NCBI GenBank assembly: GCA_030695415.1
Contig: JAUYQZ010000014.1
Span: 19,965-83,964 of the forward strand
Direction of reading: 5' to 3'
Source of the DNA: Hylemonella sp.
Lineage (GTDB): Bacteria; Pseudomonadota; Gammaproteobacteria; Burkholderiales; Burkholderiaceae_C
DNA: 64,000 nucleotides
Shown: positions 9,681 through 17,190 of the stretch, piece after piece
Layout of the letters: each line of letters begins with the position of its first letter
Position numbering within the stretch: position 1 is the stretch's first letter
Notes under the pieces: generated by a model
Told to the model about the DNA's origin: nothing
The model's input: only the letters and a program-made list of their open reading frames with translations
Database searches by the model: none
Made by a program: the position numbers and the translations under genes

Positions 9681-11699
9681 TCAGAAAGCCAGCTGCAGGC
9701 CCACCTTGAGGCTGCGCCCCGGCAAGGGCGCCTTGCCCGGTACCGTCTGCGTCAGGATGGACGTGGATGAATAGGCCAGGGTGTCACCGATGTTGTCCAC
9801 GCGTGCGTACCAGAGCGCGGGAAGGCCACCGACCTTGTCGCGGAAGTTCAGCGCGGCATTCCAGAGCGTGTAGCCCGCGGTGGCCCGCTGCCCCTCGGGC
9901 ACGCGGTTCTGGGCCTCGTAGCGGTCCAGGCCAAGGCGAGCACCCCAGGCGGCGCGGCTCCATTGCAGCGCGGCGCCCAGACGCAGCGGGGTGATGCGCG
10001 GCAGGGGCTGGCCGGTGCTGGTGTTCTCGGCTTCGACGCGGTCGGCACGCAGGCCCAGGTCCAGCTTGTGCAGTTCGTCGATCAGGCGCACATTCCCGCT
10101 GACTTCCAGACCGATAAAACGCGCCTGCACCTGGGTGTAGGTGTATTCGGGCCGGGGGGTGGCGGCCAGGTCCGTGCCTTCGAGCGAGATGTAGTTGCTG
10201 AAGTCGTGGCGGAACAGCTGCACACGCGCACGGTGGGCGCCACGCTTCCAGGCGGCCCCGACGTCCACATTGGTCGAACGTTCCTTGTCGAGCTTGGCGT
10301 TACCAATCTCCTTGGAATTGGTGGCGACGTGGTCGCCGTTGGCGTACAGCTCGTAGTGTCTGGGCGCACGCTCGTTCCACGAGAGGTTGGAAGTCAGCTG
10401 CCACTCGGGCGCCACGTTCCATAGTGCGCCCAAGGCATGGCTGCTGGGATTGAAGCTGCGCGCGCCGGGCACGAAGGCCGCGTTGCCATCGATGCCGAAG
10501 GACTCGACCCGGACCGACTCCAGGCGGGCACCGGCGCTGAGCTTGCCCCAGCCCATGGCGAGCTCCTCGTGAACAAAGGCGGCGTTCTGCAGCGTGCGAC
10601 TGCTCGGCGCATAGGCCTCGTCGCCATTGGCGGAGAAGTCGGTGTCGTCGAACTGCAGGCCGATCACGCCATCGAGGCGGCCAACGCGGGCATGGCGGGC
10701 CTGCAGGCGCAGGTCCTGTCCGCGGGTCTTGAACACGGTACCGACTGCGGCGCCCTCAAACTCGGTGTGCCTGTAATCCGTCTGGCTGTACTGGGCCTTG
10801 AGGCTTTGCAGCCAGGGACCGAGTTCGCGCACCTCGCCCTCCAGCGCCAGCGTGTTGGACCGCATGCGGATCGTGACCTCGTCTTCTGCCACGGCTCCGT
10901 AGTTCTTGTCATAGGTGGAAAGTGAGGCGCCCATGTAGCCGCGGTCGAAGAACATCGAGCCGCCCACGGCCCCGCCCCAGGTTTCGCTGGCCGAATTGCA
11001 GATACGGCGGGCCGTGGTGGTCACGCCGCCCTGGGTGCACTCCCGATCCGCCGGCACCGACACGTCCCCGGTCTTGCGCGACATCGCATCCACGTGCAGG
11101 CTGTAGCGGTTGGTACCCCCGTCGAGCACCACCGCCCCGCCCTGTTCCCTGTTGCCGGTGGCATAGCCGGCGTCCAGTTTGCCCGCCACGCCACCCTCTT
11201 CACCGAACAAGGGCTGGCGATGGATACGGCCGTCGATCACGTTGACCACTCCGCCCACGGCGCTGCCGCCGTACTGCAACACACCGGGTCCGCGCAGCAC
11301 CTCGACGCGTTCGATCAGCAGCGGGTCGAGCGCTAGGGCATGGTCATAGCTGAGGGCGGAAAGATCCAGGCTGGCGCTGCCATTGTTCAGGATGCTGATG
11401 CGGTCGCCGTCCATGCCGCGAATCACGGGCCGGCTGGAATTGGGACCGAAATAGGTGCTGCTCACACCGGGCAGGCCCTGCAGGGTCTCGCCCAGGGACG
11501 GCTGGCTGCGCAAGAGCAGCTCGGTGCCCGAGAGTTGTTCGGTCGGCACGATCAGCTCGGTGGCGCCCAGCGGGTTGCCGGTCACCACCACGGGCTCCAG
11601 GGTGGCTGTTTCGTGGGCCCAGCCGCTGCAGGCCAGCAAGGTGAGGCTGGCGATGGCGCTGAGACGGAAGAGCGAGGAAGGGGTCGAGGTTTTTTTCAT
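9681..11699 (-). CDS. TonB-dependent receptor, ZnuD-like (metal/zinc uptake)
   Basis: Signal peptide, TonB box LEPVVVTG, plug motifs (LGETL..PGVSSTYFGPNSSRPVIRG, RVEVLRGP..LQYG.AVGGVVN), ELYANG.HVAT, terminal Phe. Confidence 0.88.
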   Translation of the reverse strand: MKKTSTPSSLFRLSAIASLTLLACSGWAHETATLEPVVVTGNPLGATELIVPTEQLSGTELLLRSQPSLGETLQGLPGVSSTYFGPNSSRPVIRGMDGDRISILNNGSASLDLSALSYDHALALDPLLIERVEVLRGPGVLQYGGSAVGGVVNVIDGRIHRQPLFGEEGGVAGKLDAGYATGNREQGGAVVLDGGTNRYSLHVDAMSRKTGDVSVPADRECTQGGVTTTARRICNSASETWGGAVGGSMFFDRGYMGASLSTYDKNYGAVAEDEVTIRMRSNTLALEGEVRELGPWLQSLKAQYSQTDYRHTEFEGAAVGTVFKTRGQDLRLQARHARVGRLDGVIGLQFDDTDFSANGDEAYAPSSRTLQNAAFVHEELAMGWGKLSAGARLESVRVESFGIDGNAAFVPGARSFNPSSHALGALWNVAPEWQLTSNLSWNERAPRHYELYANGDHVATNSKEIGNAKLDKERSTNVDVGAAWKRGAHRARVQLFRHDFSNYISLEGTDLAATPRPEYTYTQVQARFIGLEVSGNVRLIDELHKLDLGLRADRVEAENTSTGQPLPRITPLRLGAALQWSRAAWGARLGLDRYEAQNRVPEGQRATAGYTLWNAALNFRDKVGGLPALWYARVDNIGDTLAYSSTSILTQTVPGKAPLPGRSLKVGLQLAF

Positions 11700-11704
11700 G
11701 GCGA

Positions 11705-11781
11705 TCTCGTTGAATCAATAAGTCGGCACACCGCGGCGCACGAGCGTCGCGGTGCAACATCACACAGTGGATTCAGCGAGA
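11705..11781 (-). promoter_or_regulatory. RBS-sequestering stem-loop linking the uORF stop to the TonB receptor start
   Basis: On the mRNA, UCUCGCUGAAUC (11781-11770) pairs at 11/12 positions with GAUUCAACGAGA (11716-11705). An inner stem GCACCGCGACGC/GCGCCGCGGUGU spans 11755-11728. Confidence 0.7.
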
Positions 11782-12162
11782 GGCCGGTGGAGCGCGCGCA
11801 GCAAAGGCCACGCAGGGGGATGGCTGCAGGGCCTGCAGCACGACCCAGGCGGGCAGCAGCGGCAGTGCCAAGGAGAGGGCGATGTGTTGTGGCGACACCG
11901 GGCCGTCCAGGCCGAGCTGGTCGTAGAGACGGCATTCGCCGGTCTCATCGGCTGGCGCCAGCAGGTGGGCCAGCAGACCGTGCTCTGCATGCGCGTGCGC
12001 GGCATGTGCGGTGACGGCAGAAACAGGCGCCTGCCTGCCCTGCGCGTGCATCACGCCGTGCGCCAGCCCCAGCAGCTGCGCCCAGAGCAGGGCCAGCACG
12101 AGCACCACCGCACCGGGCAACTGCCGGTACCGGGTGGGGGTCGGGGACTGGGGATGGACCAT
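11773..12162 (-). CDS. DUF2946/CruR-like regulatory uORF with His-rich segment and C-terminal RAPP arrest motif
   Basis: N-terminal hydrophobic segment ending LAHGVMH, His-rich AHAAHAHAEHGLLAH, ECRLYD, C-terminus FAARAPPASR*; immediately upstream of a TonB receptor. Confidence 0.75.
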   Translation of the reverse strand: MVHPQSPTPTRYRQLPGAVVLVLALLWAQLLGLAHGVMHAQGRQAPVSAVTAHAAHAHAEHGLLAHLLAPADETGECRLYDQLGLDGPVSPQHIALSLALPLLPAWVVLQALQPSPCVAFAARAPPASR

Positions 12163-12188
12163 GGTCGAAGCGCGAGCGAGGAGAGCGA

Positions 12189-12692
12189 TTATTTCACGGG
12201 CACGGCATCGGTGATGCGGTAGTACAGGCCGTACTGGTCGTCATGCAGGACGGCCAGACGGCCCTGCACCACCAGAGGCTCCAGGCCGTACTTGATGGGC
12301 GTCCTGGTTTTCACCTCGATCATGCTCTCGGGCCCGCCGGGCAGGCAGAAGCCGCAGGACAAGGGCACCGAGCTGAGCAGGAAATGGGTCTGCTTCTCGC
12401 CCGGCTCCAGCGGCATCATGAAGCCCTGCACACGCTGGGTCTTGCCGTCCAGCGCCAGGATCGCCGGCGGGAAGACCGGCAGCACACGGTTCTTCTCGAT
12501 CTTGGTCTTGACGTTGGTCAGGAAGGACCAGGGCAGCACGTCCGGGCGCTCCTTCAGGGGTGCAATGGGGCTGTCGGGGCTGTGCACGCCGGCACCGCTG
12601 CCGCTGGGGATGCCACCGGCGATGGGTGGGTCGAGCTGGGCCTGGGCCAGCGTCGTGACGAACAGGGTCAAGGCCAACAGCAGATTGCGCAT
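12189..12692 (-). CDS. DUF3299 family exported protein (ZrgD-like)
   Basis: Signal peptide; LDGKTQRVQGFMMPLE, HFLL and CGFCLPGGPE (CxxC) motifs. Confidence 0.78.
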   Translation of the reverse strand: MRNLLLALTLFVTTLAQAQLDPPIAGGIPSGSGAGVHSPDSPIAPLKERPDVLPWSFLTNVKTKIEKNRVLPVFPPAILALDGKTQRVQGFMMPLEPGEKQTHFLLSSVPLSCGFCLPGGPESMIEVKTRTPIKYGLEPLVVQGRLAVLHDDQYGLYYRITDAVPVK

Positions 12693-12695
12693 GAT

Positions 12696-13946
12696 TTATC
12701 TCGAATTCAGAAGTTGAGCCGCATCCACGCGGTAGGCACCCAGCGCGGGCAGCAAGGCCGCCAGCACGGCCACAGTCAGAGCCAGGGCCGGTACCCAGAG
12801 TTCCTCCACCAGCCAGAGCCAGCCCGTCATGGGCAGGGATTGTTCGGCGGCCAGGAGATAGCCTAGCAGGCCCGCCAGGAGGTGGCCGCCCAGCAGGCCC
12901 AGCGCGGTGGCCAGGCCAGCCAGCCAGAGTGCCTCGCCCAGCAGCAAGGCGGCCAGGCGCCGCGGCGGCGCGCCCAGCATGCGCAGCAAGGCCAGGTCTT
13001 CGCGGCGTTCGCGTACGGCACTCCACAGCGCAATGAACACACTCAGGCCGGCGGTCAGAAGGAGCACGGCGGCGAAGCCGCGCAGCACGTCGGCCCCCAC
13101 ACCCACCATGCGCAGCAGCCGCGAGATTTCCAGGGCCGGCGCGGCCGCCTGCATCCTGGTGGTGGTGTTGACATGGCGCGGGAAGGTGGCTGCCGCCAGC
13201 GGGCTGCGGTAACGCACCAGGGCCAGGGTGATCTCGCGCGGATCCGCTTCGGGCGCGGCGCGCGCCGCGGTCTTGGGGCCGTGCGCGTGATGCTCGTGCG
13301 CATGGGGCTCCGCTTGCGGGTGGTGCACCTCATGCACTTCCCAGACTGATTCGGTCGCCGTCAGCAGCAGGCGATCCAGCACACAGCCACAAGGCGCCAG
13401 CACGCCCACCACCTCATAGGGATGGGCCGCATGCCCGGGTGCATCGCCGCTGTCGCCCAGGCCGTGCGCGCCGGCAAAGCTTTGCCCCGCCTGCAGCCCG
13501 GTGGCCGCAGCGGCCTGATGGCCCAGCACGACCTCCATGGACGCTTGCCAGAGCCGGCCCTGCGCGACTTGCGCGCCGTAATGCTTCGCATAGGCGTGCG
13601 TGGTGCCGACGATGCGAAAGCCGCGGTAGCTGTCGCCCAGGCTCAGGGGGATCAGCTCGGCCACGCGCGCGTCCTTGGCCAGGGCCTGTGCGTCGCGCAG
13701 CAGGATGTTGCCCGGCGGCACGTCCAGATGGAAGACACCGGCCAGGATGAGCTGCAGCGGACTGCCCTTGGCGCCGACCACGGCATCGATGCCGGCCAGG
13801 TCACGCTCGAAGGCGCGGTCCAGCTGCGCGCGCGTGAGCAGCACCAGGGTGATGGCGGCCAGGCCCAGGGTGAGCAACAGCAGATTGAGCGCGGTGGCCA
13901 GCGGCCGCGCCCACAGGTAGCGCCAGGCCAGCGCAAGGGTTTTCAT
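12696..13946 (-). CDS. MacB/FtsX-type ABC permease (ZrgC-like) with His-rich periplasmic loop
   Basis: VVGAKGSPLQL, PLSLGDSYRGFRIVGT and ERREDLALLRMLGA motifs; loop HEVHHPQAEPHAHEHHAHG. Confidence 0.85.
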   Translation of the reverse strand: MKTLALAWRYLWARPLATALNLLLLTLGLAAITLVLLTRAQLDRAFERDLAGIDAVVGAKGSPLQLILAGVFHLDVPPGNILLRDAQALAKDARVAELIPLSLGDSYRGFRIVGTTHAYAKHYGAQVAQGRLWQASMEVVLGHQAAAATGLQAGQSFAGAHGLGDSGDAPGHAAHPYEVVGVLAPCGCVLDRLLLTATESVWEVHEVHHPQAEPHAHEHHAHGPKTAARAAPEADPREITLALVRYRSPLAAATFPRHVNTTTRMQAAAPALEISRLLRMVGVGADVLRGFAAVLLLTAGLSVFIALWSAVRERREDLALLRMLGAPPRRLAALLLGEALWLAGLATALGLLGGHLLAGLLGYLLAAEQSLPMTGWLWLVEELWVPALALTVAVLAALLPALGAYRVDAAQLLNSR

Positions 13947-14599
13947 ACGGGTACCTCGGCGCGGACGTCAAGGTTCAGCTGCTGCGCTTGTGGCAGGGCC
14001 TGCACCACCCGTGCGTCATGCGTGGCGACCACCAGCGTGGCGCCGCAGCGTTGCGCCGTGGCCTGCAGCAGGGCCAGGGCTTCGCCGGCAGCCACGTCGT
14101 CCAGGCTGGCCGTGGGTTCGTCGGCCAGGATCACCCGGGGTTGCAGCAGCACGGCACGCGCCAGCGCCACGCGCTGCGCCTGCCCGCCGGAGAGCTGCGG
14201 CGGCCGCCGCGTGGCGAGGTCGGCCACGCCCAGCGCCTGCAAGGCGGCCGCGATGGCGGCTGCATCCGATGGCAGGCCGGCGGCGAAATACACCAGCTCC
14301 AGGTTGCCGGCGACCGTGAGTGCCGCACTGAGATGCAGTCTTTGCGGCAGAAAGCCGACGTGCCGCGCGCGCCAGGCATCACGCTGCACCGGCGTCAGCG
14401 CGCCCAGGGGCTGTGCCGCCACCTCGATCGCGCCGGCGCTCGGCGCCATCAGGCCGGCAGCCAGCGCCAGCCAGCTGGACTTGCCGCTGCCCGAGCGCCC
14501 GCGCAGCAGCAGCACGCCGCCCTGGGGCACTTCCATATCGGGAAAGCGCAGGGCCGCGCCACCGGTGTACTGGCAGGCCAGGCCCTGCGTGAGGATCAT
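13943..14599 (-). CDS. ABC transporter ATP-binding protein
   Basis: Walker A GRSGSGKS, LSGGQAQR signature, ILADEPT, VATHD. Confidence 0.92.
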   Translation of the reverse strand: MILTQGLACQYTGGAALRFPDMEVPQGGVLLLRGRSGSGKSSWLALAAGLMAPSAGAIEVAAQPLGALTPVQRDAWRARHVGFLPQRLHLSAALTVAGNLELVYFAAGLPSDAAAIAAALQALGVADLATRRPPQLSGGQAQRVALARAVLLQPRVILADEPTASLDDVAAGEALALLQATAQRCGATLVVATHDARVVQALPQAQQLNLDVRAEVPV

Positions 14600-15150
14600 G
14601 CGCCGGCTCCCGGCTTGAGCAGGTCGATGAACTGCTGGCGCAATTTGGCGACCTTCGGGCCGACCACGTGGGCGCAGTAGCCCTGGTGGGGGTGCTGCTC
14701 GTAATAGTCCTGATGGTAGGCCTCGGCCGGCCAGTAATGGGCCAGGGGCAGCACCTCGGTCACGATGGGCGCGTTGAAGACCGCCCCCTGTTCCAGCTCG
14801 GCGATCAGCAGGCGGGCTTCCTCCCCCTGCCCGGGTGTCGTGAAATAGACCGCGCTGCGGTACTGTGTACCCACATCGTTGCCCTGGCGGTTGAGCGTGG
14901 TCGGGTCGTGGGTGGCGAAAAAGATGCCCAGAAGCTGGCGCACGCTCACCTGGGCGGGGTCGTAGACCAGACGCACCACCTCGTTACAGCCGGTCCGTCC
15001 GCCGCAGACCTGCTCGTAACTGGGTGGCTCCGCCTGACCGTTGCTGTAGCCGCTCTCGACATCGAGAACACCGCGCACCCGCACGAACACCGCTTCGGTG
15101 CACCAGAAGCAGCCGCCGCCGAGGACAAGGATGGAAGGATCGTTGGACAT
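14596..15150 (-). CDS. msrA: Peptide-methionine (S)-S-oxide reductase
   Basis: GGGCFWC, HDPTTLNRQGNDVGTQYRS and AEAYHQDY motifs. Confidence 0.95.
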   Translation of the reverse strand: MSNDPSILVLGGGCFWCTEAVFVRVRGVLDVESGYSNGQAEPPSYEQVCGGRTGCNEVVRLVYDPAQVSVRQLLGIFFATHDPTTLNRQGNDVGTQYRSAVYFTTPGQGEEARLLIAELEQGAVFNAPIVTEVLPLAHYWPAEAYHQDYYEQHPHQGYCAHVVGPKVAKLRQQFIDLLKPGAGA

Positions 15151-15267
15151 GGAGCCCTTGTTTGCAAATAGGAGCCTGCATCTTAATCAGGCGATCCCAT
15201 CCCGATCTTTACTGCGGCTTTACCCCAGGCTCGCCTGTTTCCGACACGAGCCACGCACCATGGTGGC

Positions 15268-15316
15268 TTGACGGGTGCTGGCGAGCCGATTACATTAATA
15301 ACCCGTCAGTCATTAA
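15268..15316 (+). promoter_or_regulatory. Sigma70 promoter with overlapping TetR-type operator
   Basis: TTGACG (15268-73), 17-bp spacer, TACATT (15291-96); palindrome TTAATAAC-ccgtca-GTCATTAA (15295-15316) covers the -10/TSS. Confidence 0.65.
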
Positions 15317-15343
15317 GATCTGCTCAAGCCCCAGGCCCTCATC

Positions 15344-16045
15344 ATGATCAGCAGACTCCTTACCGAAACCTGTGCCAAGGTACAGGCCAAGCGCGAGCGG
15401 CGCAAGGACGCCCGCCCGGGCGAATTGCTGGCCGCCGCCCTGGAGCTCTTCGTCGAGAAGGGTTATGCGGCGACGCGTTCCGAGGAAGTGGCGCGGCGCG
15501 CCGGTGTCTCCAAGGGCACGCTGTTTCTCTACTTCGCCAGCAAGGAGGAGCTTTTCAAGGCCGTGGTGCGCGAAAACATTGCGGGGCGTTTCGCCGAATG
15601 GAATGCCGAGTTCGAGACCTATCCCGGCAGCACCCCCGAAATGCTGCGCTACGCCATGATGAGCTGGTGGGAGCGTGTGGGCAACACCCCGGCCGCGGGC
15701 ATCACCAAGCTGATGATGAGCGAGGCCAGCAACTTCCCCGAACTCGCCGCGTTCTACCAGCAGGAAGTGATTGAGCCCGGCCACGAGTTGATCCGGCGCA
15801 TCCTGCAGCGTGGCGTGGACCGTGGCGAGTTCCGCCCGATGGATATGGCGCCAGCCATCTACGTGGTGCTCGCGCCGATGATCTTTCTGATGTCCTGGAA
15901 GCACTCCTTCGGCGCCTGCGAAAGCCCCGCGACGATTCTGGAGCCCGAGAAGTACCTCGAACTGCAGGTGCAGACCCTGCTGTACGGCCTGTGTGCGCCG
16001 ACGGGCAGTGGCACCCCCTCCAACAAGGAAAGTAGACAGAAATGA
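15344..16045 (+). CDS. TetR/AcrR family transcriptional regulator
   Basis: HTH: AALELFVEKGYAATRSEEVARRAGVSKGTLFLYFASKEELF. Confidence 0.92.
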   Translation: MISRLLTETCAKVQAKRERRKDARPGELLAAALELFVEKGYAATRSEEVARRAGVSKGTLFLYFASKEELFKAVVRENIAGRFAEWNAEFETYPGSTPEMLRYAMMSWWERVGNTPAAGITKLMMSEASNFPELAAFYQQEVIEPGHELIRRILQRGVDRGEFRPMDMAPAIYVVLAPMIFLMSWKHSFGACESPATILEPEKYLELQVQTLLYGLCAPTGSGTPSNKESRQK

Positions 16046-17187
16046 AACGCTGGATCAAATGGGGCGTGGCGGGTCTGGTGGTGGTCCTGCTCGCCGTGGG
16101 TGTGCTGCGCGCCCTGGGTGCCCGCAAGGCACAACAGGCCGCGCTGACCGAGCAGACCGCACGCGGTACGCAAGCTGTGATCGAACTAGCCGCAGGCGAC
16201 CTGCTGCCGCTGCAGATGCACGAGCTGCTGCGCGGTCTGCCGGTCTCCGGCACGCTCAAGGCGGCCAACACGGCCTTTGTCAAGGCACGCGTGGCGGGGG
16301 AACTGCAGGGACTGAGCGTGCGCGAGGGCGATGCGGTGACAGCCGGCCAGGTCATCGCACGCATCGACCCGGTCGAGTACCAGGCCCGACTGCGCCAGGC
16401 CGAACTGCAGGCCGATGCCGCCAGGGCGCAGATCGACATCGCGCAGCGCCAGTACGACAATAACAAGGCCCTGGTTGACCAGGGCTTCATCTCCAAGACC
16501 GCGCTGGACACCTCCCTGGCCAACCTCAGCGGCGCGCGCGCCAGCCACGCGGCGGCCCTGGCTGCAGCCGACGTGGCACGCAAGAGCATGGCCGACACCC
16601 TGCTCAAGGCGCCGATGGCCGGCTTTATCTCGCAGCGTCTGGCGCAGCCCGGCGAGCGCGTGGCGCTGGACACGCGCATCGTGGAAATCGTCAATCTCTC
16701 GCGCATGGAAGTGGAGGCTGCGCTGAGCGCCGCCGATTCGGTGGGCGTGCGGGTGGGCCAGCCGGCCCTGCTGCAGGTCGAAGGCTATGCGCAGCCGGTG
16801 CCGGCGCGGGTGGCGCGTATCAACCCCAGCACCCAGGCCGGCAGCCGCAGCGTGCTGGTGTACCTGCAGCTCAAGCCCGTTCCCGGCCTGCGCCAGGGCC
16901 TGTTTGTGCAGGGTTCGCTGGGCACCGAGACACTCAAGACCCTGGCCGTGCCGCTGCAGGCCGTGCGCAGCGACAAACCCCTGCCCTACGTGCAGGTGGT
17001 CGAGAACCAGCAGGTACGCCACGTCAGCGTCACCCTGGGCGCGCGGGGCCAGGCCAAGGGTCTGGACATGGTCGCCATCAGCGGTCTGCCCGAGGGCAGC
17101 GCGGTGCTGGCCGGCGCGGTCGGCCCCTTGCGCGAAGGCACGGCAGTGCGCACCACTGCACCCGCTCAAACCGGCAAAGGTGGTTAG
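16042..17187 (+). CDS. RND efflux periplasmic adaptor (MFP)
   Basis: N-terminal anchor, lipoyl halves (VREGDAV..GQVIARID, LKAPMAG), coiled coil; precedes the RND pump. Confidence 0.9.
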   Translation: MKRWIKWGVAGLVVVLLAVGVLRALGARKAQQAALTEQTARGTQAVIELAAGDLLPLQMHELLRGLPVSGTLKAANTAFVKARVAGELQGLSVREGDAVTAGQVIARIDPVEYQARLRQAELQADAARAQIDIAQRQYDNNKALVDQGFISKTALDTSLANLSGARASHAAALAAADVARKSMADTLLKAPMAGFISQRLAQPGERVALDTRIVEIVNLSRMEVEAALSAADSVGVRVGQPALLQVEGYAQPVPARVARINPSTQAGSRSVLVYLQLKPVPGLRQGLFVQGSLGTETLKTLAVPLQAVRSDKPLPYVQVVENQQVRHVSVTLGARGQAKGLDMVAISGLPEGSAVLAGAVGPLREGTAVRTTAPAQTGKGG

Positions 17188-17190
17188 GGC

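Noticed and set aside
11751-11768. Possible Zur box (TGCAAC half-site) before the TonB receptor
   Set aside because: Only one half-site matches, and it overlaps the RNA stem; not enough to call.
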